DNA of 64,000 nt from an uncultured Bacteroidales bacterium (lineage in GTDB: Bacteria; Bacteroidota; Bacteroidia; Bacteroidales; UBA1402), in NCBI GenBank assembly GCA_964411555.1, contig CAYPLF010000006.1, positions 2,227 through 66,226 on the forward strand. Reading direction: 5' to 3'. Positions 49,720 to 58,464 of the stretch are shown piece by piece. The notes beneath the pieces were generated by a model that was given only the letters and a program-made list of their open reading frames with translations, did no database searches and was not told where the DNA came from. The translations under genes and the position numbers were made by a program. The stretch's first letter is position 1; every line of letters starts with the position of its first letter.

Positions 49720-50772
49720 TTAGTTGAGAAAACTGAATCCAATGGATACATCAATGTGGTTCAGACTGACGTAGGTATTGCTTTCCATAGGATACGACAC
49801 CCAAGTTGAACCATTGTATACTGTAACATTTTTCAACAGGCCGGTTGTCAGTGATACTTTCAATGCCAACGCAAATTTTTCAAACATGTTAATATCATAA
49901 CCCACGTCAATGTTGGCGCCCGTTGTTGCTCCTCTCAAAGTAAACACATTTATGGCACATGCCTCGTTGTAATAACCATTGAACCCTGCAGAAGCAGAAC
50001 AATATAATGTACCCATATTCCGGGGTCCTGTTTTTCGAATACTAAAGGAAGGGCCTACATAAAGCTCGGTTATATCATCACTCATGGGTCCAACATGACT
50101 ACGTTCGTATTCATCAAAAAAGGTTACACTTCTCAGGCTGTTGGACGTACGAACCATATTACACTTTAAACCAAGTCCATACATATCAGAGAAATAATAC
50201 GTGAAATCTGTCCCTATGTTGTAACCGGAATTTAAATCTTCATAGTAACGTTCAAGGACTGCATCATTGAGTTCCGGATTATTCACCACCATTTGGCTCG
50301 GCCCACCATATAGAGAAAACCGAATCCGGGGATTTTTCATTTTTATATAAGGGCCATCCGTAGCAACAGGCTGGCTTTTCAAGGTATCAGTATTATTCTG
50401 TGCCATTTGTCTGGAAACAGATGCACCAACCATAAGTATCTGTGCCGATATCCGGTGACAGGTGGTTGTCATATCCGGGGCTTCATGTTCTGTGATTTTC
50501 AGCGCATTACCTCCTGATTTTCGTGCTTCCTCCTTAGCAAGTTCCACCACATATTCATAACTGCAGTTGGCAGTCAATTTGGCATTGCTGATGGACACTT
50601 CCCCGATGACTTCACTGTTTGAGGGTAACGCTTCGTCCAGATCTATGACTGTCACCTCCTGATACTTAGACAAGGGATTGGCTTGTTTGGTCAACTGGGT
50701 AGAAATTTTCGGATTGCAGGAACAGAATAGTAAACCGACTGCAAGGGCAAAAAACAAGGCAGTGTTTCTCAT
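49720..50772 (-). CDS. Lipoprotein with a small N-terminal alpha/beta domain and a C-terminal beta-barrel-like region; function unknown
   Basis: 350 aa with the lipobox LLFCSC and a beta-rich C-terminus ending ..IGFSFLN. AT-richer than its neighbours. Confidence 0.65.
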   Translation of the reverse strand: MRNTALFFALAVGLLFCSCNPKISTQLTKQANPLSKYQEVTVIDLDEALPSNSEVIGEVSISNAKLTANCSYEYVVELAKEEARKSGGNALKITEHEAPDMTTTCHRISAQILMVGASVSRQMAQNNTDTLKSQPVATDGPYIKMKNPRIRFSLYGGPSQMVVNNPELNDAVLERYYEDLNSGYNIGTDFTYYFSDMYGLGLKCNMVRTSNSLRSVTFFDEYERSHVGPMSDDITELYVGPSFSIRKTGPRNMGTLYCSASAGFNGYYNEACAINVFTLRGATTGANIDVGYDINMFEKFALALKVSLTTGLLKNVTVYNGSTWVSYPMESNTYVSLNHIDVSIGFSFLN

Positions 50773-50795
50773 GATATCATTTGGTGGATTTTCGT

Positions 50796-50803
50796 CAAAT
50801 TTA
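50796..50803 (-). promoter_or_regulatory. Bacteroidota -7 promoter box (TAAATTTG)
   Basis: The plus strand reads CAAATTTA. It lies 24 nt upstream of the ATG at 50772. Confidence 0.45.
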
Positions 50804-50880
50804 CACTCCGCACCACATACTCACAACTTTTCTAAGCATTTTTTAATGCTGACACAAACAGTAACTATCCCGAAATGAAA

Positions 50881-50903
50881 AGGCCGTCTGAAACAGACAG
50901 CCT
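50881..50903 (-). terminator. Hairpin terminator downstream of the tRNA gene
   Basis: The minus strand reads AAGGCTGTCTG-TTT-CAGACGGCCTT followed by TTTCATTT. The stem has one mismatch. Confidence 0.5.
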
Positions 50904-50912
50904 TGAAATAAG

Positions 50913-50985
50913 TAGCGGAGTCGGGAATCGAACCCGGGTCTCAACCGTGAGAGGGTTGCGTGCTAGGCCACTACACTACACCGCC
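50913..50985 (-). tRNA. tRNA-Glu (anticodon CUC)
   Basis: Hand-folded cloverleaf from GGCGGTG TA GTGT AGTGGCCTA GCAC G CAACC CTCTCAC GGTTG AGAC CCGGG TTCGATT CCCGA CTCCGCT A. It has U8, GG in the D-loop, a TTCGATT T-loop, a 4-nt variable loop and U13.G22, as in tRNA-Glu. CCA is not encoded. Its non-canonical pairs are listed in the findings. Confidence 0.75.
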
Positions 50986-51003
50986 GTGACCAAGATTTCG
51001 ACA

Positions 51004-51011
51004 CAAAAGTA
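51004..51011 (-). promoter_or_regulatory. Bacteroidota -7 promoter box (TACTTTTG) for the tRNA
   Basis: The plus strand reads CAAAAGTA. It lies 18 nt upstream of the tRNA 5' end. Confidence 0.5.
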
Positions 51012-51074
51012 ATGAATCAAAAAAAAGCAAACTAAAAAAAGAAGAAATTTCTGCTAAAAAACACACTCCGGTCA

Positions 51075-51794
51075 TCAACCTTGATTCTTAAGCTGCACAA
51101 TGTGCGCAGCCACAAAAGCCGCCGTTTCCGTCCGCAAGCGCGTATCACCCAACGAAACCGCCACAAACCCGTTCTGTTCAGCCAACCGAACCTCCTCAGG
51201 ACTGAAATCCCCTTCCGGGCCAATCAACACCAACACCGGTGTGCCAGGCCGGTAGGAAACATTCAATAACGGCTTTTCACCCGGATGACAATGACAAATA
51301 AACTTTTGCCCCTCAAACGGACGCTTCACCAACACCTCAAACTGCACCAGGGGTTCCAGCGATGGCTTCAACGCCTTGACAGACTGCTTAAGGGCAGCTA
51401 CCAGGATACGGTCCATCCGCTCCGTCTTAATGGTCTTCCGTTCCGAATGTTGCGATTTTAAAAACACAATACCGCCAATACCGATTTCGGTGGCCTTTTC
51501 AAGGAACCACTCCACCCGTTCGGGATTCTTAGTCGGGCACAAGGCTATGGTAGCCAGGAATGGTCCGGAAGTATCGGGCATGGCTTCCAGAATGGATACC
51601 CGGCAATGCTTGGGATGCGCATCGGTAATGACGACCTTGAAAAAGGTTCCTTTGCCGTCCAACACACCGATGACATCGTCTTCCTTCATTCTTAGCACAC
51701 GAACACAATGCACCGATTCATCCTCGGGAAGACATAACGTTGACTCTATGTCTGGCGCGTAAAAATAGACCGGAAGCGTTGCAGATTCTTTCAT
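51075..51794 (-). CDS. rsmE: 16S rRNA (uracil1498-N3)-methyltransferase
   Basis: 239 aa with a PUA-like N-terminus (HCVRVLRMKEDD) and the SPOUT motifs LIGPEGDFSPEE and LGDTRLRTETA. Confidence 0.9.
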   Translation of the reverse strand: MKESATLPVYFYAPDIESTLCLPEDESVHCVRVLRMKEDDVIGVLDGKGTFFKVVITDAHPKHCRVSILEAMPDTSGPFLATIALCPTKNPERVEWFLEKATEIGIGGIVFLKSQHSERKTIKTERMDRILVAALKQSVKALKPSLEPLVQFEVLVKRPFEGQKFICHCHPGEKPLLNVSYRPGTPVLVLIGPEGDFSPEEVRLAEQNGFVAVSLGDTRLRTETAAFVAAHIVQLKNQG

Positions 51795-51840
51795 GCGGAA
51801 AGCATTCGAAGTGTTAGGTTGTTAAAAGAGGTAGGTATAT

Positions 51841-51868
51841 AAAAAAAGAAGGTTGTCTCACGACAACC
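51841..51868 (-). terminator. Intrinsic terminator or attenuator hairpin in the rsmE leader
   Basis: The minus strand reads GGTTGTC-GTGA-GACAACC followed by TTCTTTTTTT: a 7-bp stem, a GNRA loop and a T7 run. Confidence 0.65.
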
Positions 51869-51911
51869 AATCTTCCTTAACCTTAAATCTAATACCATGA
51901 AAAACACAGTA

Positions 51912-51919
51912 CAAAGATA
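51912..51919 (-). promoter_or_regulatory. Bacteroidota -7 promoter box (TATCTTTG) upstream of the hairpin
   Basis: The plus strand reads CAAAGATA. It lies about 45 nt upstream of the 51868 hairpin and 118 nt upstream of the rsmE ATG. Confidence 0.45.
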
Positions 51920-52132
51920 CAGCATTCTTTATGACCCTTGCAAGTATTTTGCCAAAAAAAACCACCCTATTAACACGTTTTAACTAAAGGTGTATATTTT
52001 ACACTTATTATTGACACGTAATAAATTTGTATCTATCTGTTATTGTGTATGTTAAACAAATAGCTTTTTCTGTATACAAAAAAACAATCACGTATGGAAC
52101 TGGCAAAAAATATGTTTAAAAACACAGAAATA

Positions 52133-52774
52133 TCAACCTTCCTGATCTGATCTACCACCTAATTCACTCACAGCATTCGGAACAAAAACCAGGTTTCCGG
52201 CACACAATCGATTGTAGATTTTCAGACAGGCAAACGCATCAAGGGCTGCATAATTTTGCTGACCGGTGGACAGTTCGTGCGCTTCCCAATTGGACAATCG
52301 TTGCGACTTGGAAATTTTTTTGGAAAACAACAGTGCGTAAATCTTTTGCAGACTACTGTCCTCGATGCCGAAATACGTAACAAAGTCTTGTAAGTCGATG
52401 AAACCTTCGGTCAATAACTCACTGTTTCTCGCCCGCAGCATGAGAAAGTCGTCCTTCAACGAGAGGCCTATTTTCTTGATGGAGGGATTGCCGAAAAACA
52501 CATTGATTTCATCGGGCAGTCCAATAATATTCAGGCGGAACAAGAAACAAACATCATCGGTGGAAACCTGCAACAGTGCCACCTTGTTTTTCTTACCCTT
52601 TGAAAAGACCGGTCTTGTTTCCGTATCGATGCCGACAATGTGTTGCAGGTTCAAATACGACATGGCTTTATGCAGGGAGGCCTCCGTATCAACCACAATG
52701 ATGGAGCCAGGGAAAAATTCCAATGGCAACTCACTGATGGCTTCTTTCGATATGGATGTTAGACAGGTCTGCAT
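52133..52774 (-). CDS. 3'-5' exonuclease domain protein (DEDDy / RNase D-WRN-like)
   Basis: Motifs GIDTETRP (ExoI), LKDD (ExoII) and YAALDAF (ExoIII). The track start at 52780 is a TTG; the ATG is at 52774. Confidence 0.85.
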   Translation of the reverse strand: MQTCLTSISKEAISELPLEFFPGSIIVVDTEASLHKAMSYLNLQHIVGIDTETRPVFSKGKKNKVALLQVSTDDVCFLFRLNIIGLPDEINVFFGNPSIKKIGLSLKDDFLMLRARNSELLTEGFIDLQDFVTYFGIEDSSLQKIYALLFSKKISKSQRLSNWEAHELSTGQQNYAALDAFACLKIYNRLCAGNLVFVPNAVSELGGRSDQEG

Positions 52775-52776
52775 GA

Positions 52777-53325
52777 TCAATCTATTTCAGTTATTTCCGC
52801 TTCGGCACTACTATACTTGATGGCGTGCAAAGCCCTTAACACATGTAACAGACCTGGACCCCATTCCTGTGCAAAACGCTCCCTGCAACTGTAAAGAGCG
52901 TCGGACATGACATCTTCGTAACCCTGACGGAACACTTCTACAAAATCGTACATTTCCTGCCACAGATCGGCCAGACGCTCTGAAACTGAAGCGGCAAAGG
53001 CCCCATCGGCCAGGGCAATATCCGGATGGTAGACTTCCAAATAGGCGTCATCTTCTCCAAACAAAGCAGCCAAAGAACCTGCCAACAGACTGTACTGCAT
53101 TTCGGTGGCACAAGTTTCCAAGCCTTCTTCATCGATCGGTTCAACTTCCGGCAGCAATGAACCCTTCAGGTACAAGAGAGGCAACAGGCGAAGGAGAATT
53201 TCGAGCAACTTATCCTTTTCCAATTGTTCGGGATTCTCCAACACATCACAGTATGACTTGGCTACTGCCAGGAACTCAAGTGTGTTTTTCGAATAAACGA
53301 GTGATTGTGAGGATGATTCTGCCAT
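52777..53325 (-). CDS. DUF5063-like protein
   Basis: Acidic helical protein (..NTLEFLAVAKSYCDVLE.., LLPLLYLKG). A -7 box at 53349-53356 covers the GTG at 53349, so the ATG at 53325 was chosen. Its stop lies 2 nt before the exonuclease ATG. Confidence 0.7.
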   Translation of the reverse strand: MAESSSQSLVYSKNTLEFLAVAKSYCDVLENPEQLEKDKLLEILLRLLPLLYLKGSLLPEVEPIDEEGLETCATEMQYSLLAGSLAALFGEDDAYLEVYHPDIALADGAFAASVSERLADLWQEMYDFVEVFRQGYEDVMSDALYSCRERFAQEWGPGLLHVLRALHAIKYSSAEAEITEID

Positions 53326-53348
53326 AAAAGGAATAGGGTATCTTTCCA

Positions 53349-53356
53349 CAAAAGTA
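53349..53356 (-). promoter_or_regulatory. Bacteroidota -7 promoter box (TACTTTTG) for the DUF5063-exonuclease pair
   Basis: The plus strand reads CAAAAGTA. It lies 24 nt upstream of the ATG at 53325. Confidence 0.5.
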
Positions 53357-53427
53357 CAAAAAAAAACACATCATCAGAAAAAAACAACGGGTATGCAATA
53401 GCGACTCAACCACCGTAAAAAAATCCT

Positions 53428-53435
53428 TATCTTTG
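53428..53435 (+). promoter_or_regulatory. Bacteroidota -7 promoter box (TATCTTTG) for ftsK
   Basis: Exact match, 30 nt upstream of the ATG at 53465. Confidence 0.5.
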
Positions 53436-53464
53436 CAGAAGCATCCGTGAAACGAACCAGTAAT

Positions 53465-55906
53465 ATGAGCCCGACGCCCAAAAACAAAAAAACCGACACA
53501 CCACGCGAAGCACCTGCATTCATCCGCTTTTTTTCCAAAAAAGAAACGCGAATCGTGTTGGGTATCGTATTGACCGGATTGGTTGCCTACCTGAGTGTGG
53601 TCATGTTGTCATTTATATTCACAGGAAGCTCGGATTTCAGCAAAGTAAACAACCGTACCATCTTTGATCTGGGCTCCCAACCCGGTGAAATCAGGAACAT
53701 TGGAGCGGCCATCGGTGCCTGGACGGCCAACGCCATCATAAACGGCTGGTTTGGTCTTCCCTCCTTTTTCGTCCTTGTATTCGGTTGGTTTTGCGCCCTA
53801 CGGCTACTGGGAATAGGTAAAACATCCCTTATCAAGGTCTTTTTCCTGTGTACGCCGGGATTGCTGTGGTTCTCGCTGGCGTTGGCTTTTTTCTTCAAAC
53901 CGTTGTACGAGAACTCCTTCCTGATGTGGGGTGGAAAGCTGGGATTCAACATGAGCCAATGGTTGATGGTACGCATCGGATGGCCCGGCATTGTCATTGT
54001 ACTGTTCAGTTCCCTCCTGATTTTCCTGGTGATTGCCCGGTTGACCAAACTGCCTTTCTTCCTCAAGCGGAAAGAAAAAGCGGATAACGCTGCCGATATT
54101 GACACGGAGGAGTTCCTGCCGAACGACGGAACCGTCCCCGATGAATTTGAAGAAAGCTGGACAGGGAAACAAGGGGAAGACGAGGAACCTCCCGTAATCA
54201 ACCTGACCGAAGAACCCGAGACACTGATTCCACCGGTTACACCTGAAAACATACCTGCCAAGGAAGTGGATTTCGAAATCCGGGTGGGTGGCGAAGATAA
54301 TTCCGAAGAAGAACCCGACGAACTGTATGCTGAATCGTTGGAATCGGTTCGTATCACTACTTTATCGGACAACTATGATGCTTCTGACTTGGGTGAATAC
54401 GATCCGAAACTTGATTTATCAAGTTATAAGTATCCGGATGTCAAATTGCTTACCCAATACGAAAGTCCGGAAACCATTGTCAACACGGAGGAACAAAAGA
54501 GCAACAAACGTCGCATCCAGGAGGTACTTGAACAATTCAGCATCCGCATCAGTTCCATTACCGCAACAGTGGGCGCCACGGTCACCTTGTATGAAATCAT
54601 TCCTGAACCCGGCATCCGTATTTCCCGCATCAAGAGCTTGGAAAACGACATTGCCCTGAGTCTGGCCGCCCTGGGCATCCGCATCATCGCACCCATTCCC
54701 GGCAAAGGAACCATCGGTATCGAAGTCCCCAACCGCGACCCGCAGATTGTTTCCATGCACAGCGTACTCAGTTCGAAGAAATTTTCGGACTCAAAATACG
54801 AACTTCCCATGGCCCTTGGAAAGACCATCACCAACGATGTATTCGTGGTTGACCTGAGCAAGATGCCGCACGTACTGGTGGCCGGTGCGACCGGACAAGG
54901 AAAGTCAGTAGGTTTGAATGCCATGATTACGTCCCTGCTTTACAAAAAGCATCCGGCCGAATTGAAGTTCGTGCTGGTGGACCCCAAGATGGTGGAATTC
55001 AACATCTACTCGACCATCGAGAAGCATTTCCTGGCCAAACTGCCGGATGACAGCAAGGCCATCGTGACCGATTTTACCAAGGTCATCCAGACGCTCAATT
55101 CGCTCACCCGCGAGATGGACGACCGTTACAACCTGCTGATGTTGGCCAACGTGCGGAACCTCAAGGAATACAACGCCAAGTTCATCAGCCGCCACTTGAA
55201 TCCGGAAAAAGGACACAAATTCCTGCCCTACATCGTGGTGGTCATCGACGAGTTCGGCGACCTGATCATGACGGCCGGAAAAGAAATTGAAATGCCCATT
55301 GCCCGTATCGCACAAAAGGCCCGCGCCGTAGGCATCCACATGATCATAGCCACCCAGCGTCCTACCACCAACATCATCACCGGTACCATCAAGGCCAACT
55401 TCCCTGCCCGCGTGGCTTTCCGTGTCATTTCCGTGACCGACTCGCGGACCATCCTCGATGCCTCTGGTGCCAACCAACTCATCGGCCGCGGCGACCTGCT
55501 GTTCTCCCAGGGCAGCGACCTGACCCGTGTGCAGTGCGCCTTCATCGACACCCCGGAGGTCATCAATGTGACCAACTTCATCGGTCAACAACGCGGATAT
55601 CCCACTGCTTTCTACCTGCCTGAACCCACGGTTGAAGGCAGCGCAGGCGGAGGCGCCATCGACCTGGGCGAACGTGACCCCTTGTTCGAGGAAGCAGCCC
55701 GGCTCATCGTGATTCACCAGCAAGGTTCCACTTCGCTCATCCAGCGCAAGTTCTCCATTGGCTACAACCGCGCCGGACGGATTGTCGACCAGCTGGAATC
55801 GGCCGGTGTCATCGGCCCGAACGAAGGCAGCAAAGCCAGGCAGGTGTTGGTGGAAGATGAAATCCAACTAGAAAACATCTTTGCTCGGATGGGGCTTGGG
55901 CAATGA
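53465..55906 (+). CDS. ftsK: DNA translocase FtsK
   Basis: N-terminal TM helices, an acidic linker, a motor domain with Walker A GATGQGKSV and Walker B VVVIDEFGDL, and a gamma domain (QRKFSIGYNRAGRIVDQLE). Confidence 0.95.
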   Translation: MSPTPKNKKTDTPREAPAFIRFFSKKETRIVLGIVLTGLVAYLSVVMLSFIFTGSSDFSKVNNRTIFDLGSQPGEIRNIGAAIGAWTANAIINGWFGLPSFFVLVFGWFCALRLLGIGKTSLIKVFFLCTPGLLWFSLALAFFFKPLYENSFLMWGGKLGFNMSQWLMVRIGWPGIVIVLFSSLLIFLVIARLTKLPFFLKRKEKADNAADIDTEEFLPNDGTVPDEFEESWTGKQGEDEEPPVINLTEEPETLIPPVTPENIPAKEVDFEIRVGGEDNSEEEPDELYAESLESVRITTLSDNYDASDLGEYDPKLDLSSYKYPDVKLLTQYESPETIVNTEEQKSNKRRIQEVLEQFSIRISSITATVGATVTLYEIIPEPGIRISRIKSLENDIALSLAALGIRIIAPIPGKGTIGIEVPNRDPQIVSMHSVLSSKKFSDSKYELPMALGKTITNDVFVVDLSKMPHVLVAGATGQGKSVGLNAMITSLLYKKHPAELKFVLVDPKMVEFNIYSTIEKHFLAKLPDDSKAIVTDFTKVIQTLNSLTREMDDRYNLLMLANVRNLKEYNAKFISRHLNPEKGHKFLPYIVVVIDEFGDLIMTAGKEIEMPIARIAQKARAVGIHMIIATQRPTTNIITGTIKANFPARVAFRVISVTDSRTILDASGANQLIGRGDLLFSQGSDLTRVQCAFIDTPEVINVTNFIGQQRGYPTAFYLPEPTVEGSAGGGAIDLGERDPLFEEAARLIVIHQQGSTSLIQRKFSIGYNRAGRIVDQLESAGVIGPNEGSKARQVLVEDEIQLENIFARMGLGQ

Positions 55907-55937
55907 TGATTAAACGTATCATTTTTGAAAAAACGCT

Positions 55938-56588
55938 ATGATAAAACGAGGAATAATCTTATGCCTTTCGCTGCTGCTCAGCCTTTCGACCGGTTTCGCC
56001 CAGCAGGATGCCAAAGCCGTCGATATCCTGAACAAGTCATCGGCCGCCTACCTGAAAGCCGGGGGCGTAAAAGCTACTTTTTCCATTCAGATGGTACAAT
56101 CCAAGGGGGTTAAAGGTGATCGGGTACAAGGGACTATCCGCCTAAAAGGTCAGAAATTCAAACTGGAAGTGGAAGACATGACCACCTGGTTTGATGGCAG
56201 CAATCAATGGGTGTATTTGAAAAGCAATAAGGAAGTAAACGTAAGCAACCCCACCGAAGAGGAACTGCTGACCATCAACCCCATCAACGTATTCCAGTTA
56301 TACAAACATGGGTATACCTGCGCCTACAAGGGCACAGGTACCAGTGCAGGTATTTCTGTCCAGAACATCCTGCTTACCCCCAAGGATAAATACAGCCAGG
56401 TTTCGGGCATTCAGGTTGCCTTCGATAAGAATTCCCTGCGGCCGGTCACCATCGTGATTACCAACAAGGACAAGTCAGGAACCACGGTGAACGTTACTTC
56501 CTACCAAGGTGGTAATGCCTTTGCCGATAACCTGTTTGTTTTTCCGGCCAACGAGTATCCCAGCACACAAGTTATTGATTTAAGATAA
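55938..56588 (+). CDS. lolA: LolA-like outer-membrane lipoprotein carrier protein
   Basis: 216 aa with the signal peptide ..GFAQ and a LolA-like beta-sheet pattern. It occupies the conserved position after ftsK. Confidence 0.75.
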   Translation: MIKRGIILCLSLLLSLSTGFAQQDAKAVDILNKSSAAYLKAGGVKATFSIQMVQSKGVKGDRVQGTIRLKGQKFKLEVEDMTTWFDGSNQWVYLKSNKEVNVSNPTEEELLTINPINVFQLYKHGYTCAYKGTGTSAGISVQNILLTPKDKYSQVSGIQVAFDKNSLRPVTIVITNKDKSGTTVNVTSYQGGNAFADNLFVFPANEYPSTQVIDLR

Positions 56589-56596
56589 ACAACTTC

Positions 56597-57559
56597 ATGA
56601 CAACCCAATCGGAACATACACGCTGCCTGATCATCGGATCGGGACCTGCCGGATTTACGGCCGCCATTTACACCGGCCGCGCCAACCTGTCTCCCATCCT
56701 GTACGAAGGCATGCAGCCGGGCGGTCAGTTGACCACCACGACTGAGATTGAAAACTTTCCCGGTTATCCAGAGGGTGTGACCGGAAACGACATGATGGAA
56801 GACCTGCGCAAACAGGCCATCAAATTCGGCACCGACGTACGCTGGGGAGTCGCCACAGCTTCGGATTTATCAAAATCACCTTATTCAGTCACCATCGACG
56901 GGGAAAAGACCATCACCTGCGATACCTTGATCATCGCCACCGGTGCTACGGCCATGTACCTGGGGCTGCCGGATGAAGCCAAGTACCAAGGCATGGGCGT
57001 ATCAGCCTGCGCTACTTGCGACGGCTTCTTTTACCGCAAAAAACAGGTAGCCGTTGTGGGCGGTGGAGATACGGCCTGTGAAGAGGCCACCTACCTGGCC
57101 GGTCTGGCCTCACAGGTTTACCTCATTGTACGCAAACCCTTCCTGAGGGCTTCAAAAATCATGCAGGAACGGGTCTTGTCCACTCCGAACATCACCGTGT
57201 TGTTCGAGCACGAAACGGTTGGTCTTTTTGGTGATAACGGCGTAGAAGGCGCCCATTTGGTGAAACGTCACGGTCAGCCCGATGAGACAAAACTGGACAT
57301 AGCCATAGACGGGTTCTTCCTGGCCATCGGTCATAAACCGAATTCGGAGATTTTTGCCCCTTACCTTGAAGTGGACGAGGTGGGTTACATAAAAACCACC
57401 CCCGGCACTCCCAGGACCAAAATCCCAGGAGTGTTTGCAGCCGGTGACGTAGCCGATCCCCACTACCGTCAAGCGATAACGGCAGCCGGTAGCGGTTGTG
57501 CGGCTGCAATCGAGGCTGAACGCTACCTTTCGGCAACCCCACATACGGCAAAGAAGTAA
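56597..57559 (+). CDS. trxB: Thioredoxin-disulfide reductase
   Basis: FAD motif GSGPAGFTAA, redox-active CATCDG and NADPH motif VVGGGDTA. Confidence 0.95.
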   Translation: MTTQSEHTRCLIIGSGPAGFTAAIYTGRANLSPILYEGMQPGGQLTTTTEIENFPGYPEGVTGNDMMEDLRKQAIKFGTDVRWGVATASDLSKSPYSVTIDGEKTITCDTLIIATGATAMYLGLPDEAKYQGMGVSACATCDGFFYRKKQVAVVGGGDTACEEATYLAGLASQVYLIVRKPFLRASKIMQERVLSTPNITVLFEHETVGLFGDNGVEGAHLVKRHGQPDETKLDIAIDGFFLAIGHKPNSEIFAPYLEVDEVGYIKTTPGTPRTKIPGVFAAGDVADPHYRQAITAAGSGCAAAIEAERYLSATPHTAKK

Positions 57560-57598
57560 AAAAATAGTTTTTATAGTTGCAGATTGGTTTAATTTCAC

Positions 57599-57606
57599 TA
57601 CTTTTG
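57599..57606 (+). promoter_or_regulatory. Bacteroidota -7 promoter box (TACTTTTG) for rplU-rpmA
   Basis: Lies 84 nt upstream of the rplU ATG, implying a long leader. Confidence 0.5.
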
Positions 57607-57689
57607 CACCTCGATTCGTGTAAGGTAAACAAGCGGCGCTGTGTAATGCATCCCACCTTCCGGAGTATAACTAGATAAACAATACGTCC

Positions 57690-58001
57690 ATGTACGCAAT
57701 TGTAGAAATCGCAGGACAACAATTCAAAGCCGAAGCAGGCAAGCGGTTGTATGTCCATCGTCTCGAAGCTGAACGCGGTTCAGTGGTTGAATTTGAAAAA
57801 GTGTTGTTGATTGATGCCGACGGCAAGGTGAAAGTGGGTGCCCCCACCGTTAAAGGAGCCAAGATCGTTTGCGAAGTGCTTTCACACGTCAGAGGTGACA
57901 AAGTGCTCATCTTCAAGAAAAAACGCAGAAAAGGGTTCCGTAAGTTGAACGGTCACCGTCAGTGCTTCACTGAAATCATGATCAACGAAGTAGTAGCTTA
58001 A
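57690..58001 (+). CDS. rplU: 50S ribosomal protein L21
   Basis: [13 protein letters not shown].. is the canonical L21 N-terminus. Confidence 0.97.
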   Translation: MYAIVEIAGQQFKAEAGKRLYVHRLEAERGSVVEFEKVLLIDADGKVKVGAPTVKGAKIVCEVLSHVRGDKVLIFKKKRRKGFRKLNGHRQCFTEIMINEVVA

Positions 58002-58020
58002 TCCGAAAAAACTCAGAACA

Positions 58021-58278
58021 ATGGCACATAAGAAAGGCGTCGGTAGTTCAAAGAACGGCCGCGAATCAGAAAGCAAGCGATTGGGCGTAAAGAAATTTGG
58101 TGGTGAAGCCGTTTTGGCCGGGAACATCCTGGTCCGCCAACGTGGCACCGTGCATCATCCGGGTGAAAACGTGGGCATAGGCAAAGACCACACGTTGTAT
58201 GCACTGGTTAATGGAACCGTGGTTTTCCGCCGCAAGAAAGAAGACCGTTCCTTTGTTTCTGTTGTTCCTGCTGAATAA
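58021..58278 (+). CDS. rpmA: 50S ribosomal protein L27
   Basis: [24 protein letters not shown].. is canonical L27. Confidence 0.97.
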   Translation: MAHKKGVGSSKNGRESESKRLGVKKFGGEAVLAGNILVRQRGTVHHPGENVGIGKDHTLYALVNGTVVFRRKKEDRSFVSVVPAE

Positions 58279-58301
58279 CAGAAAGAATACCATAAAAGAT
58301 G

Positions 58302-58337
58302 GCATCCGGAGGTAACTGCTTCCGGATGCTTTTTTTT
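58302..58337 (+). terminator. Rho-independent terminator after rpmA
   Basis: GCATCCGGA - GGTAACTGCT - TCCGGATGC followed by T8. Confidence 0.8.
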
Positions 58338-58433
58338 GTAACATATACCTGTTCCGCTTGGAGGGTGCAGTAGTTGAGCCTTAAAAAAACCTAAGAGTTT
58401 TTCCGAAAAGCCGCCATATTTCGTCACAGTTAT

Positions 58434-58441
58434 TATCTTTG
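58434..58441 (+). promoter_or_regulatory. Bacteroidota -7 promoter box (TATCTTTG)
   Basis: Exact match, 24 nt upstream of the ATG at 58465. Confidence 0.5.
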
Positions 58442-58464
58442 GGATACCAACTACTCCACGAATT

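Noticed and set aside
53587-55867. Long minus-strand ORFs (53587-54372 and 54905-55867) opposite ftsK
   Set aside because: Both are shadow frames of a GC-rich, well-supported ftsK. Their translations are Gly/Val/His-rich with no domain signatures.
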